From the NCBI GenBank assembly GCA_051362555.1, contig CM120645.1, forward strand, positions 23,030,934 to 23,094,933: 64,000 bases of DNA, written 5' to 3'. Positions within the stretch are counted from its first letter, which is position 1; each line of letters begins with the position of its first letter. The stretch is from Lingula anatina. Taxonomy: Eukaryota > Animalia > Brachiopoda. This document shows positions 44,001-55,998 of the stretch, in pieces. Made by a program: the position numbers and the translations under genes. The notes beneath the pieces were generated by a model, which made no database searches, was not told the DNA's origin, and saw only the letters and a list, made by a program, of their open reading frames with translations.

Positions 44001-47000
44001 GTTTCAGTGTATCTCCAAATTTGCGAATTGGATAATAAATAAATAAATAAATGAATAAATAAATAAATAAATAAATAGATAAACAAACAAATTATTAAAT
44101 GGATAAACATATTAATTAATTAATTAATTAATTAATGAAACAAAAAATTGATAAATATCAGTAGTTGACCCCCCCCCCCCCAAAAAAAAAAAAAAAAAGG
44201 ATTCAAAAGCACCCCATCTTACACAAGGGTTCTATTGGGCTATGGTTCTCACGTTTTTTCCCAGAGCAGATTTTATCAATAGCGGCTGCAATACAGTAAT
44301 AATTAATTGTCCCATAAAGATATATTTAAGATGAACAATTCTCCATTACATGCTGTAGTTGTGATCCCTTGTAGATAACCATGGGAAACATGACTAGATA
44401 ATTCCCAGAGAAGTTAATTCCCAATGGAATATTTGACATAGAGAGGAAAGAATATATGTTTCTCTTGTATATTTATCCCGTTTTAACTATGACTTTGCAG
44501 TTTCACTGAGTATCTCCAATTTTGCAAATATATATTAAAATGAATGCATTTACTAATGGTATCTTCATTTATCATTTCCAGGCCCGTGTGAGAAGGTCCA
44601 GTTTCCATGCCAACTGACGGCAACCTATGGCGTCCCGGGGCAGTGCAACAAATATTTCCAGTGCAGCCATGGAGGGGGGTTGCTCTCCGTTCAAATGTGC
44701 CCCTCGGGGACTTTCTTCAACCCCTTCCGCAAAGTCTGCGACATTTACCTCAATATGGAGTGCACCCCCAACAACTGTCCTGACGACTTCGTGAGTCGCC
44801 TGGAAGCGTACTCAGAGGAGCCGTCGACCACCACCATGAGTACGACAACCAAGGCCTTTGTGACGCATAAACAGACAAGTGAGTTCTCCTGGTTAAATAT
44901 ATTCATGTCACTTAAAGAAACACGGATCCATGTAGTTGGGCAATGGACAGGAAAAGGAGGATCCTTTTTTATCCCCCCCTTTATTTAGCCTGCACCCACT
45001 GCCACTTTTTTGACATCCCGGGCTTGCCTGAAATGGAATAAAAGTTGAATGCATTCATAGTGCATTAAAATAAGCTGCCAAAATATTACAAGCGTCATCT
45101 GGCATAAAGCTATTCTGAAGCTCCCCTGTTGAAATACACACGGATTAATAACAAAACTTAAAAATAAAAAGATTAATTCTCAACAAAACTAAAAAAAATA
45201 TTTTTTTTCTCTTTTTTTCCCTGAATTGTTTACTCATTTTTGTGAGTTTCATTCAGAGTTACCTCTTTTCCAGAGCCCTGTGGCGACGTTTCTCTCCCCT
45301 GTACCATAGGGACCACCTGGCCATCCCCTGGCCGCTGTGATAAGTATATAGAATGCGCAGGTGGGATGGAATTCTTAGAACGTCCCTGTCCCATCGGGAC
45401 AATGTACAGTGACTTTCACAAAAGCTGTGGCAGAGATATCCAATGTATCCCTAGGGACTGTAACGGGAACGAGATTGGACCTACGTACCCCACTTTTCCC
45501 GTTCGTCCCACCACCAAGACAAAGAAGCCGACGCAGCTGACGTCACCGGAAGTGAAAACAACAGACACGGAAAGTCCGAGTCCAACAACAAGTACTACAA
45601 CTACTACTACAACTACAGTTACGACTACAACAAGTATGTTACGTTTATCTTATATCATTTAACCAATAAAGAACACGCCCAGTGGTTTAAAAATACTTGA
45701 TATTTACGATGTTAACATAAAATTTAAAAATGTTCGTCATCTTTCTTTATTTTACTATAGTTTTCACAATATGTAACAGAAATTGAGATTAAGACTTCTT
45801 TCCAATTGTTTTCTTTTGCCTCGAAAGGATTTATTTGTTAAATAATCTTTAACAATTGATGGTAAGCTTTTTTTTTCAGTAATTTTGTATCTTGATCGAA
45901 TATAATCGGTTTACGTGTATTGCATGTCTTTTGAAGGGATATGTCCGCGTAGAGCATGGGTATATTTAGTCTTGTCGAGGGCATGAGTTAACTCTACAGT
46001 GTTAATGTTTATCATATCTTTATCAACGAATTTGTTGCGTATCACAAATCATAGATCTTTATTTGAATCTGGTTCCCTCACCTTTAGTCCCTTATCCTAT
46101 ATATTTCATCATTCTTTGTTTACCATTCTTACGGAAATACTGAAAGTGCGACAAGAAGCCATTATTCATGCAAACCACCGCATCATACGACTCTACCTGC
46201 CTGTCATTTGGCCTTATTAATTGCGTCTTTAAACGCTACTTTTTTGCATGCAAGCAAAATGGCCACTTTTTTCGTCGATCCAAGATATACTTAAATTTTT
46301 GCGATATGGCAACCTACTGGTATTTTAATTGTTTTTGTCTTTGAAGTCTGAAAAGTAAAACAAATGTCCCGAAAAACTGTACATTTCTATTGCCCTCCTT
46401 TTTCATGTAAGTACCTCTGACCCGTGTTTGTGTCTTACACCCAGTCATTATAATGCAAGTCTGCGCAAATAAAGCCCTTCAGCTGCTGAGAACAAGTCGT
46501 AAAACTCACATTTAAAACTAAATGATAACTCAGTGTAAATACTGTCTGATATTGTTCCACCATGACAGAGTAATTTAAACACATTGAAACCGGATGATGT
46601 TTTCATTCTCTTTCCAACCAAGATACGGTGAGTCCGAGTCCAACAACAAGTACAACAACTACTTCTACAAGTCCGAGTCCATCAACAAGTACAACAACTA
46701 CTACTACAACTACAGTTACTACAACAAGTATGTTATGTTTATCATATATTTTTCCCATGAAAAACACGCCCGGTGGTTTAAAAATACTACAGTCATCCCA
46801 TAATAAATTCCCTGTTCACCTCACCCTTATCCTTTTCCCCTTACCCAGTTACCTTGGAAATAGGTACCATAGGAATGGTTCGTAAAAGCTATATGTGAAG
46901 TAAAAGGAAACAGCACAAACGACAGATATGTCTAGGCTTCAGCAAACTTCAGAAGACAACGACGGCCACTACATGGACAAGTTCTCTGGACCAGGACTTT

Positions 47001-50000
47001 GCCTGCTTTTATAAAATGAAGAATCGGTTTTAGGACTGAGGAACACTGACGAAGAGGCACCGGCTGGTTTGCCCCATAAATCAACTTCCGGCGAACACGC
47101 GGCACGTGGTTGGCTCCAAAAAAACATCCCTGTTGCTAATGGCCAGCTTGGCGCCAAACACATTTCCTTGGTTTCCCCTGCTTTTGAACTTTGTACCTTT
47201 TTCATATCTTTTTGTCAACGTTCCCATTCCAGCTCCGACCACCACGACTACCCTCCCCATCTTCCCCAATATAACCAGTGACCCTGGCATTGTTGTCACC
47301 TACAAGGGAGAGGGTATGTGCATGCCAATATACTACACATATAATTGAATGACATAAATCAAATCACACGGTTTTTAAAGTCTTGTTTTGGATATTTGGG
47401 GATATTTTTATTATTATTTTTTTTATATATTTATGTGTATGTGAGCGACGGGCAAAGGCAGTGTTATGATACATATGAATTTTACAAATAACCATCGGTT
47501 TGATTTATGTCATACCACTAAGAAATTTGGAGCTCCATTTAAGGTAATCGTGAATCTTGTCAGCCAAATGAAAAGGAATTAATATTTTGCTTTTATTTAT
47601 TTATTTATTCATTCATTTATTTATTTATTTATGTAGAATTTATATCTTATTTTTTAATTATTATTTTTAAGCAATACCAGGTCATCCATTTTCCAAAAGC
47701 TTTTTTTATATAACTGCATGATTGATATAATTCACGGTTACCTTGTTTGGTGGTCTCCCCTTTGAGAGTAATGTTATTTTTGTAATTGTGTCTTGTGTCT
47801 TGTGTATGTCTTGAACAATACTCTTGTAATCATTGTTCTATGATTGTTCCTTCAGTGTACCATTAACATTTTTTTCCTGCGATTTACATACAATACATTT
47901 GATGTCATGTGCGTGGCGAGTTGAGGTTGTTTGTATTGTGTGACTCGGTTTGTGTTCTGTGCATGCAATAGCAATACAAGTGTTTCAGGAAGGCATGGGG
48001 CAAAGTAAAATATTGCATGATTCATGTTTGTAAAAAGTCTAACGTAGTTGATATTTCAAAGTAAGGCGTGTTCACAAGCGGGTTTCTTGGGACAATAAGA
48101 AAAAATAAATTAATTGAAGGTACTGCAAAATCACATAGCACATAGGTCCTATTGCCCAAAAGCATTTGACCAAATGTGTCCTAAGCAAATCCGATTGTGA
48201 AAATGCCCTTAACGAACAAGTGAGTATTTAGTGGCACACTGACTGGAATATACTTTAGGTCAGTCATACAACTAGCTGTATTTTGGGGAGGTTTAGAGGG
48301 GTGTTAAACACTAAATAAAATCTTTAATTACAATAATAATAAAAAAAACAATTATTGTAACGGTGACTGCATGTGGGCATATACAAGTACAGTATGCGGT
48401 CCAGATTTATTATGAGTTTTATTTTCAAAATGTTGAAATCATTTAGGAAATAAATCATCTGAGCAAGAAGACGGCAGCCAGTCGTACAAAATGTTGGTCA
48501 TTCTCGCCATCCTCATCCTGGTCGTCCTAATAGTTGCCGTCGTTGGCGGCCTCTGTATGTGGAAGAGGAGAGCTATCAAAAGGAGGTAGGAAAATGGGGC
48601 GCTTGGTGCACAATATAGTCTGCCTTGTTTAAAGAGGGCGATATAGGCCCTTCATATGGTAATAGTTCATATTATACAGGTTCTAGCTGGGTGCCTTTTT
48701 GAAGGAAAAGCTGATGAAATAAGTCGTTTGAGTAGTTTATTTCAGAACTAGATAATCAACAACTGAAATTACAGTTTTTTGTTCAATAAAGCAATAAACA
48801 GATGAGCTGCTTCAGAGTAGACAGATAGTGTGTCGAAGTATGTTTACAACTTGTATGGAAATCAGATTGCCTTAATTGCCCATTAAGACAATGTGGAACT
48901 CCTTTCAATTTAAAATCTCAGTAAACTTGGCAAAGGGTATTGCCAACCATAAAACTATCCAATTAGTCACGGTTTGAAGCAATTGCGTTTTAGCAGCGAG
49001 CCGGAGACAGAATCATGGTCCTTTCATTGCCCGTAAGTAGGTTATAGACAATCCTTAAACCCCTACCCCGGTTCTTGGTAGCAAACCTTGTAGATTACGA
49101 CCCAAATTTGCATACAACCCTTGTAGTGTAGGAACCAAATGCACATACTATCAAATTGTCATTAGTTTTGCCCTTGTTTGAAAAATAATGGATTTTTCAC
49201 ATTGTTTTTTTTTCTATATCTAAGAGATAAAGAGGTTATCGAAAATTCATACATTTTTAAAAGCAGCAATTTGGCACAAATAGCTGTCAAAATTATACAC
49301 CGAATGCCACGTATTTAGATACGGACGCAATCATTATCGTGTCGAGTGATGCATTTCCTTACTAACTGAGACAAAAGATGACCGCAAACATGTATCCGAC
49401 ATGGTCGGTGGTTTGATGACCAGCGACGCTGATTTCAACGGAGTGGAAAGCAAGGACAATCTAAATCATTTGAGTCATCAGAGAGATTGCAGAATCAGTG
49501 TAAAGTAACTGACAGTATCTCTGGCTGTATCTTTTGTAGTCATCCCCATACTCAGATATGATGATGACTGTTGTTCTGGTCTTCCTTCCTAGGCCGGCCA
49601 CTCCCTCGGAGTCAGAGTCAGAGAGCGTGAGGTGGTCAACTCTGTTATAAACAGCGGGTTTTAGACTGGACAAAAAATTGTCATCTTGAAAATGCATATG
49701 GGACCTTAAAGATCGTTAAGATAACGGCAGGATTGGCTTTTTAAACATAGAGACGAAGATTTTGTACACTTTCTAAACTACCAGCTATTTTTGAGATATA
49801 TCGCATTATTATTGCAAAATTTCAATTCCAAAGCGAAAATAAGTTATGTAAAATTGATAAATTCAATTTATTGGAATGAATCATGCCTCTCACGCAAATT
49901 ACATTTTTTTAACAAGCATCATTCAAAATTGTTTTTTTTTTAAATTTTAGTAAGGTATATTTCTGTCTAGGGTAGGTACCGCAAGGCGACATTATCTTCT

Positions 50001-53000
50001 CAAACACTGAATCAGTGTTTGACATTCTTGTTCATATCCGTGACATAAAACTGTAGACCGTACAGGAAAACATCCATGCTCCAAATATTGAACAGGTTGT
50101 TTAAAATAACTTAACTATGTTAAACTTTCGTCTCTGTGTTAAGAAGATACGTTTTTCAAGGTTTTATTTTATCAAACAATTCAATGCATTTTAATATATC
50201 TGATGATCAATCACCGAGCCCCCGACCCCCCCCCCCCCCGTGTTAGCTTCTTAGATTATTATTACTATTATTATTATTATTATTAAAGGTTATTTTTATT
50301 ATAATTTTTTTAATTTTGTAGTTGAACGAGGCATATAACACCTTTAAGTTGTAAATATACCATACTTGTGTATAGTTTTTAAGATTTGAGTTTTTATTTC
50401 CCAGTTAACGTGCTCAATAACTTAATATGTTTCCTTCCAATGTAGTTAATGTCTGTTGTAGAATCACACATTTTGTCTTTCATACATCGATTTACAGTAC
50501 TTCAACTAATATTTAGTCCCAAATAGAGTTAACAATTATTTAGTATCATTTGGTACGCTTGGTGGGGCTATAACGTTACACCTGGTCTTCAGACACAGTG
50601 ACTGTCGTATGCGGTTAAAATGTAGAGGACAGATCTTTTCTGTATTCAGGTGCTCCACATTGCTGCGGCAAAGTTATTATTTTAATATTTCTTGTTTTTA
50701 AACAACCCCTTAAGAGAACCAATTCTTCTCCGTTGACCCAAAATCTCGTGCTGTGCCGTAATCTGTTTGTCACTACAAAACCCCAACACTAGACTATTAT
50801 ATTAAACCTGTACAACTGATTTACTTGTTTTCCTGTGCATCGAGATGTTGCATGTATATATCCATTGTAACCACAATAGGTATTAGCACCCACGTCAACT
50901 AGAATGCATGCTATATAGCAACCGTTTTCAACATACCGCACCCAAACCAATTCGACAATTTTTTTCAAAAATGCCTGAAGTTTAATCAAGTCCATAGAAT
51001 TATTTTTTTAAAAAGGGAAGCAAAGCATTGCTGGACACCTTAGCTTTTTTTTTCGAGTTTTGTTCTTTTGTCCCCGATGGAGCTATGTAGTCTTAAATGA
51101 CCTTTGTAGTCATCCAAAGTTTCGGCATGAGAACTTAGTGTTTAAATTAAAATTGAGTCACTAATTGTCATGGTAGACTAAATTTTATCGCATAGAAATA
51201 TAGGTCATTCTTGTACTCAGAAAAGTAGAGTTTTCGGACTAATTAAAATCAGCAAAAGCATACAAATGACACGTTTATTCTAATATTGTATCATATACGT
51301 AGTGCTTAGTTTGTCGGCTAATTGTACATGTGCTATTACTGAATTGCATTACATCTCTCTACAAATAAGGGATAATTTAGTTCTGTCTCTGTTGGCAAAG
51401 AGCACAAAGTAAATTTTGTAAAGTCAAAGTTTTGTTGCAATTTTACAGCCTACACGTACCGAAATGTACGTGGGAAATACCGTTCACTTTTCAATGCCCG
51501 TAAGTATTTTGTAGTCCCTAATATATTTGCAGAATGTTAGACCCCACTGCTTTGTGACTGGCATATATAGATATCATATGATTATAATACTGAGCCTTAT
51601 AATAATTTAGCATAATTTTTTAATTGAAATAGTACCTAGATATTGTATATACCCTGTAGATATATAGACGTTAATAGCAACCGAAACAAAGCGACGATGC
51701 ATATGTTCAGATAGAAGTAATTGTAGCAGACTTTAGTATGTAAGCTATAAATAAAAAAATATCAACAGTGTGTGTGTGTGTGTGTGTGTGTGTGCCCGTG
51801 TGCATGCGTGCACGCGCGTGTGCTGTACTTGTAGATTAAAAATATAAAAGAAGTCGCATAGAAAGAAAAAAATTATAATAGGTAGTATTACATATTAATA
51901 AAGCCACAATAAAAAGTTATCTGCGTAGTTCCTACTAGTAGTTGCAGCTAGTAGTAGTAGTTACAATAGATAAACACTACCATTTTAATTCGTCCATTCT
52001 TATAGGCCTACCTGGATAACCAGGGTTCTTTATTTTTGTGAGCATTTCACCCTTTTCGAGGGTAACACACGCCCGATGGACAGATTGAAATATTGTAGAT
52101 AGCCGTCATAGCGAAAGTAGATATAGTATTTTATATATCAAAATGTGATTTTATGGTCTTTTTATTTGATATGTCTTTGTAATGGTTGTACATCTTTCTG
52201 TTTAGCCATCTTCCTAGTGATTGCATGTTAAACACTATTTTGATATTTAACCTTAAATTGAAATTTCTGTGAATGTATACTTTTGTCCAAGAGCAACATT
52301 TTCATGTACATTAAGATCAAAAGTTGATGTGTGCATTGTTCTTGTGTAGATGATAGTTGATTTTAATTTAAAAAAATTACTCGTCGTCAGCAGTTCAGAC
52401 TGTCATAGAGCACGTAACAGTACTAGACTGAAAGAAGCACACAATTTCATCACAACTTATTAACTTCATTTAACTTATTTTTCAGATTGCGTCGCAAGCG
52501 TCGCGCGCAGCGTCACGTGGACAATCCCGAGTACGTTTGGAAGACAGAGGATGCATACGCCGAAATTAACGAGCAGCACGTAGGAGTAAGTGGGCAATAT
52601 CATACATGCTTTGACAGATCATTTTTTCTATTTATAATATCATTCATTTTGTAAATATTTGGTTGTCTGAAAATGTACGATCCTTTGATTGGAAAAAAAT
52701 TTCGTGACAGGCATTGCATTTAAAAAGATAAACGTAAAAATACTGTCTTCATTACATCCAGTTGTTATTTTTAGCGAACCTTGCCCAAGAAGCCAAACAT
52801 TCCCCTCCCAGAAGTGCCAAACGAAGATCCTATATATAACAGCATCCCTGACGTCGTTCACGAGCACAGACCAAAGAACGCCACGTGGGGCGAGGAAGAT
52901 CCGGGTCCTAAACATCATCACCACGAGTCTCGCAAAGCGCACGAGACTCTCGCGGTGTCGCCACAGAACAACTCGGCCTCCCACCATTCTCCTAAACAAC

Positions 53001-53158
53001 ACAGCCCCAAGCACCATAAGCCGCGGCATGGCGGGCACACGGGGCAAGGTGGCAGGACGAAACACGGCCATGGCAGAAGGGCGCGGGAGAATTCGACGAA
53101 AGAGTTGATATCCCCCGGCGCCAAGGACAGTAACACATACAGCCACGCGTGGGATTAA
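38089..53158 (+). CDS. Type-I transmembrane protein, 9 exons, ~573 aa: signal peptide, ephrin-receptor-like (GCC2/GCC3) Cys repeat, two chitin-binding type-2 (CBM14/peritrophin-A) domains, Thr/Ser/Pro mucin stalk, TM helix, Tyr-motif cytoplasmic tail
   Basis: Exons 38089-38155, 41915-42103, 44582-44878, 45274-45633, 46623-46727, 47233-47313, 48447-48585, 52486-52585, 52775-53158. All introns are GT-AG with compatible phases (1722 nt). Segments: CRPCGIATFN...CFPCPEGQTT...G....DC; PGQCNKYFQC..G.....MCPSGTFFNPFRKVCD; PGRCDKYIECAGG....RPCPIGTMYSDFHKSC; TM MLVILAILILVVLIVAVVGGLCMW followed by KRRAIKRR; tail DNPEY, YAEI, PLPEVP, YNSI. Confidence 0.8.
48063..48210. mobile_element. Degenerate Harbinger-like MITE
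   Basis: AAGGCGTGTTCACAAGCGGGTTTCTTGGGACA pairs imperfectly with TGTCCTAAGCAAATCCGATTGTGAAAATGCCCTT. Confidence 0.45.
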
Positions 53159-54625
53159 TAGAAAAACGCGACAAACGTCATTGTAACACTAGTCTTTTGA
53201 ATTTGTTTGTCAAAATACAGGAATTATTTTCACAAGAAGACTTTCCCTTGTGCATGTTGTTCTTGAGTTATGAAAACTGCTCACGGAAGATCTGGCCACA
53301 ATATATCGTAGTGCAAGCTCATCTGTCGCACTTAACGAGTGATTTGACTGTAAAGTAACGAAGGTCATAACTGCAATTGTACTCACGAACAGGACACAGT
53401 CCACGTGTTGATTGTGAACAGATATTGCCAATGTGTGACACAGTTGATGGGCCGTTTATAGGATACACGGCCACATGGTTATATTTTTTTCACGTGGAAG
53501 AACTTCCCTGAGAGGCTTGTATATCTAGAGGCAGCTCTGTGGTGTTTTTTACAGAATTGGTGTTTGTTCTCAGATAGACTTATAACTTAAGTCAAATAAG
53601 ATTTAAAAGCTTGCGTGTTGGATACATCTGAAGTGTAGAACTATCAGGTTCTGAAACCATGTCATCTGACGTATAGTAACGTAACGTGACAATGACACGT
53701 GTTTCAAAGTAAGATAATTTATCCATATATACAAAAGAACACGAGGGATGTTTCAATTAACAAGAGCGTATTATATTTTGGTTCACATATGAGGCAGCTC
53801 CAGAGTTCTTGACTTTTAGATAAAGGGGTCCTGAATCTGGTTTTGTGTGTTTCAGTTCCGCTTTGAGGGATGGAGATGGCGGAGAGGGTGTGCAAAATAA
53901 CGGGTCAACATTTTGTGCCCCCCCCCCTCCCTTTTCTAGCTATCCCAGACCAGCCAGTACACGGTGATATTACAGCTGAGGGCAAGAGAATACCGCTAAA
54001 TAATGTGCTAGAATTTTCTCATAGATGATCTTTTTGTTACCTGGAAGCGAAGTTAATATTTGTGCGATTTTGAAAAGTCGCCATATGACGTCACACAGAG
54101 TCATTTCCTTGTGACGTCACGCTGTAATTATCTAAATACGTCACAGGACACAGGTGGACATGCAGCCGAAGCCGCTCACAGCACCTTTGACGGATGGGTA
54201 TATTCTACCCGAGAGATTATCTTGTTAGTATTTAGATTGTATGGTGTGCAATGTGTCCCTTAACTTTGACGATCTATTTTCTGTAAATGAATGAATGAGT
54301 CCCCTTTATAAACAAAGTCACCGTGAACAAGCTTTTAATTAGTCTCATTTCTACCTAGAGCTGGTTCAATGTCTGTGTGGGCGTTTGAGACCTAATGCCA
54401 TGTTTGTATGCAGAGAGAAGTCGGTTTAATGTTATGATGTAAAGATTAACTTTTACAGGATTTGGTGTATGTCTACAAATATGTATATACACGTGTACAT
54501 GTACTTATTTGGTGCTTTTATAAAAATAAACCCTTGTTGACTTTAACGGTATTTTTTTCTTTCTTCCTTTTTATTTTCATTTCTGAAAGCGATTTGTGCG
54601 ATGCATGCAGAACTGTTTGACACCA

Positions 54626-54793
54626 CAGGCCCGTAGCCAGGGGGGTTCGGGGGGTTCGAAAGAACCGCCCCTTTTGCTAGGAAAAGGTCCACATTGGGTA
54701 AAATTTGATCTAGGTACATGAAGTTTTTATGGAAGAGGGTCCACTTTTTTCAGAAAAAGAACCCCCCTTTTGAAATTGCTGGCTATGGGCCTG
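54626..54793 (+). mobile_element. MITE of the CAGGCCCGTAGCCAG family, best-preserved copy
   Basis: TIR CAGGCCCGTAGCCAG / CTGGCTATGGGCCTG, flanked on both sides by CACCA. Confidence 0.8.
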
Positions 54794-55091
54794 CACCAAT
54801 ATTTGCAATATGATCACCTCCGGGAGAAATTATGCTGTAGGTCTTCTTGGTCTGAGCAGAATTTAGAACCCCTTTATGTCTGCACCGTGTTCCTGGGGTT
54901 GGCATCTAGAATAAAATAAAAACATTTTATATCGAAATGATTGAGAGGACCGAAGAAAAGAGTAATAATGCGAAACGATGAAAAGCTGGTTTGCTACAAT
55001 AAGTGTTGTTCAGACACAAGTATTATACCGTAGCATTCACATTGCTCGGTCTCAACTAGCGCAATTATGGGAGAGAGGCGGCCACTTTCTA

Positions 55092-55217
55092 CCCTCTACC
55101 AGGGCCGCAGTTATTATTGTGGACATATTTTCACAGTGCAGAGATTAGCCATCTATTTAACCAGAGACATATCACTTAATATCTAGTGAAAAATCAATCT
55201 ATGGCCCTGGTAGAGGG
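55092..55217. mobile_element. MITE (CCCTCTACCAGGGCC family), TA-flanked
   Basis: TA-CCCTCTACCAGGGCC...GGCCCTGGTAGAGGG-TA. Related to 33535-33662. Confidence 0.7.
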
Positions 55218-55947
55218 TAGCCGCTTTCCATGTAAACATTTGCAATGGTTACTGTGTATCTAAGGAATGTGTCTCTTCAAGTGTTTTAATCTCTGTCATC
55301 AGACTTTGTTCCTTGGGAAACGACCCTGAGCTTTAGAGATATTCGCATAAAAAGTTACTACATGTATTTTACAACTGAAAACTACGGTATACCATTTTTA
55401 AAAAGCTTGGTAGAGGTGATGGAGTCGAGTTTTCAGAAATCTCTCTTGAGGACAAACGGCGTTAGTATTGACCGCGCCTATTTATCAACTAAGGTGACAA
55501 TAGTCAATACAAGAACATATCATTAATTTATTCCCACTGAGGCCACCCATTAGCTAATTGCAAGAAGTCAATTAAGGGTACCGGAGGAGATCAGCATTGG
55601 TCAGAATTGTGCCGGAAGTGTGACGTCAAGTGTGACGTCAAGTGGTTATGAGGCCACCCATTAGCAAAATTGCAGGAAGTCAATCACAGATAGTGAAACT
55701 GTATAGTACATGCGACCTGTCACCGCGCTATTCGTGAGGGGAAGATTGCCGATCTGAAGTCAACGCAGTTCAGGGTTAAAACGCCTGAGCGCTTACTATG
55801 TCATGCGGACATCTTTGGCGTATTGGGGACTATGTACATATATAGATGTGTGTTGACAGGCTTTGGATGTTCCAGTATAGTTAGCCTGAAGTATTTTCGA
55901 CTAACAAAAATATTTGAAAGCGACATCTTAAGAAGGACCTGTTCTTA

Positions 55948-55998
<51 letters not shown>

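Noticed and set aside
52640-53146. 168-aa antisense ORF and alternative-frame ORFs over the last receptor exon (likewise 32898-33266 over TEX264)
   Set aside because: They are shadow ORFs of GC-rich, low-complexity coding exons.
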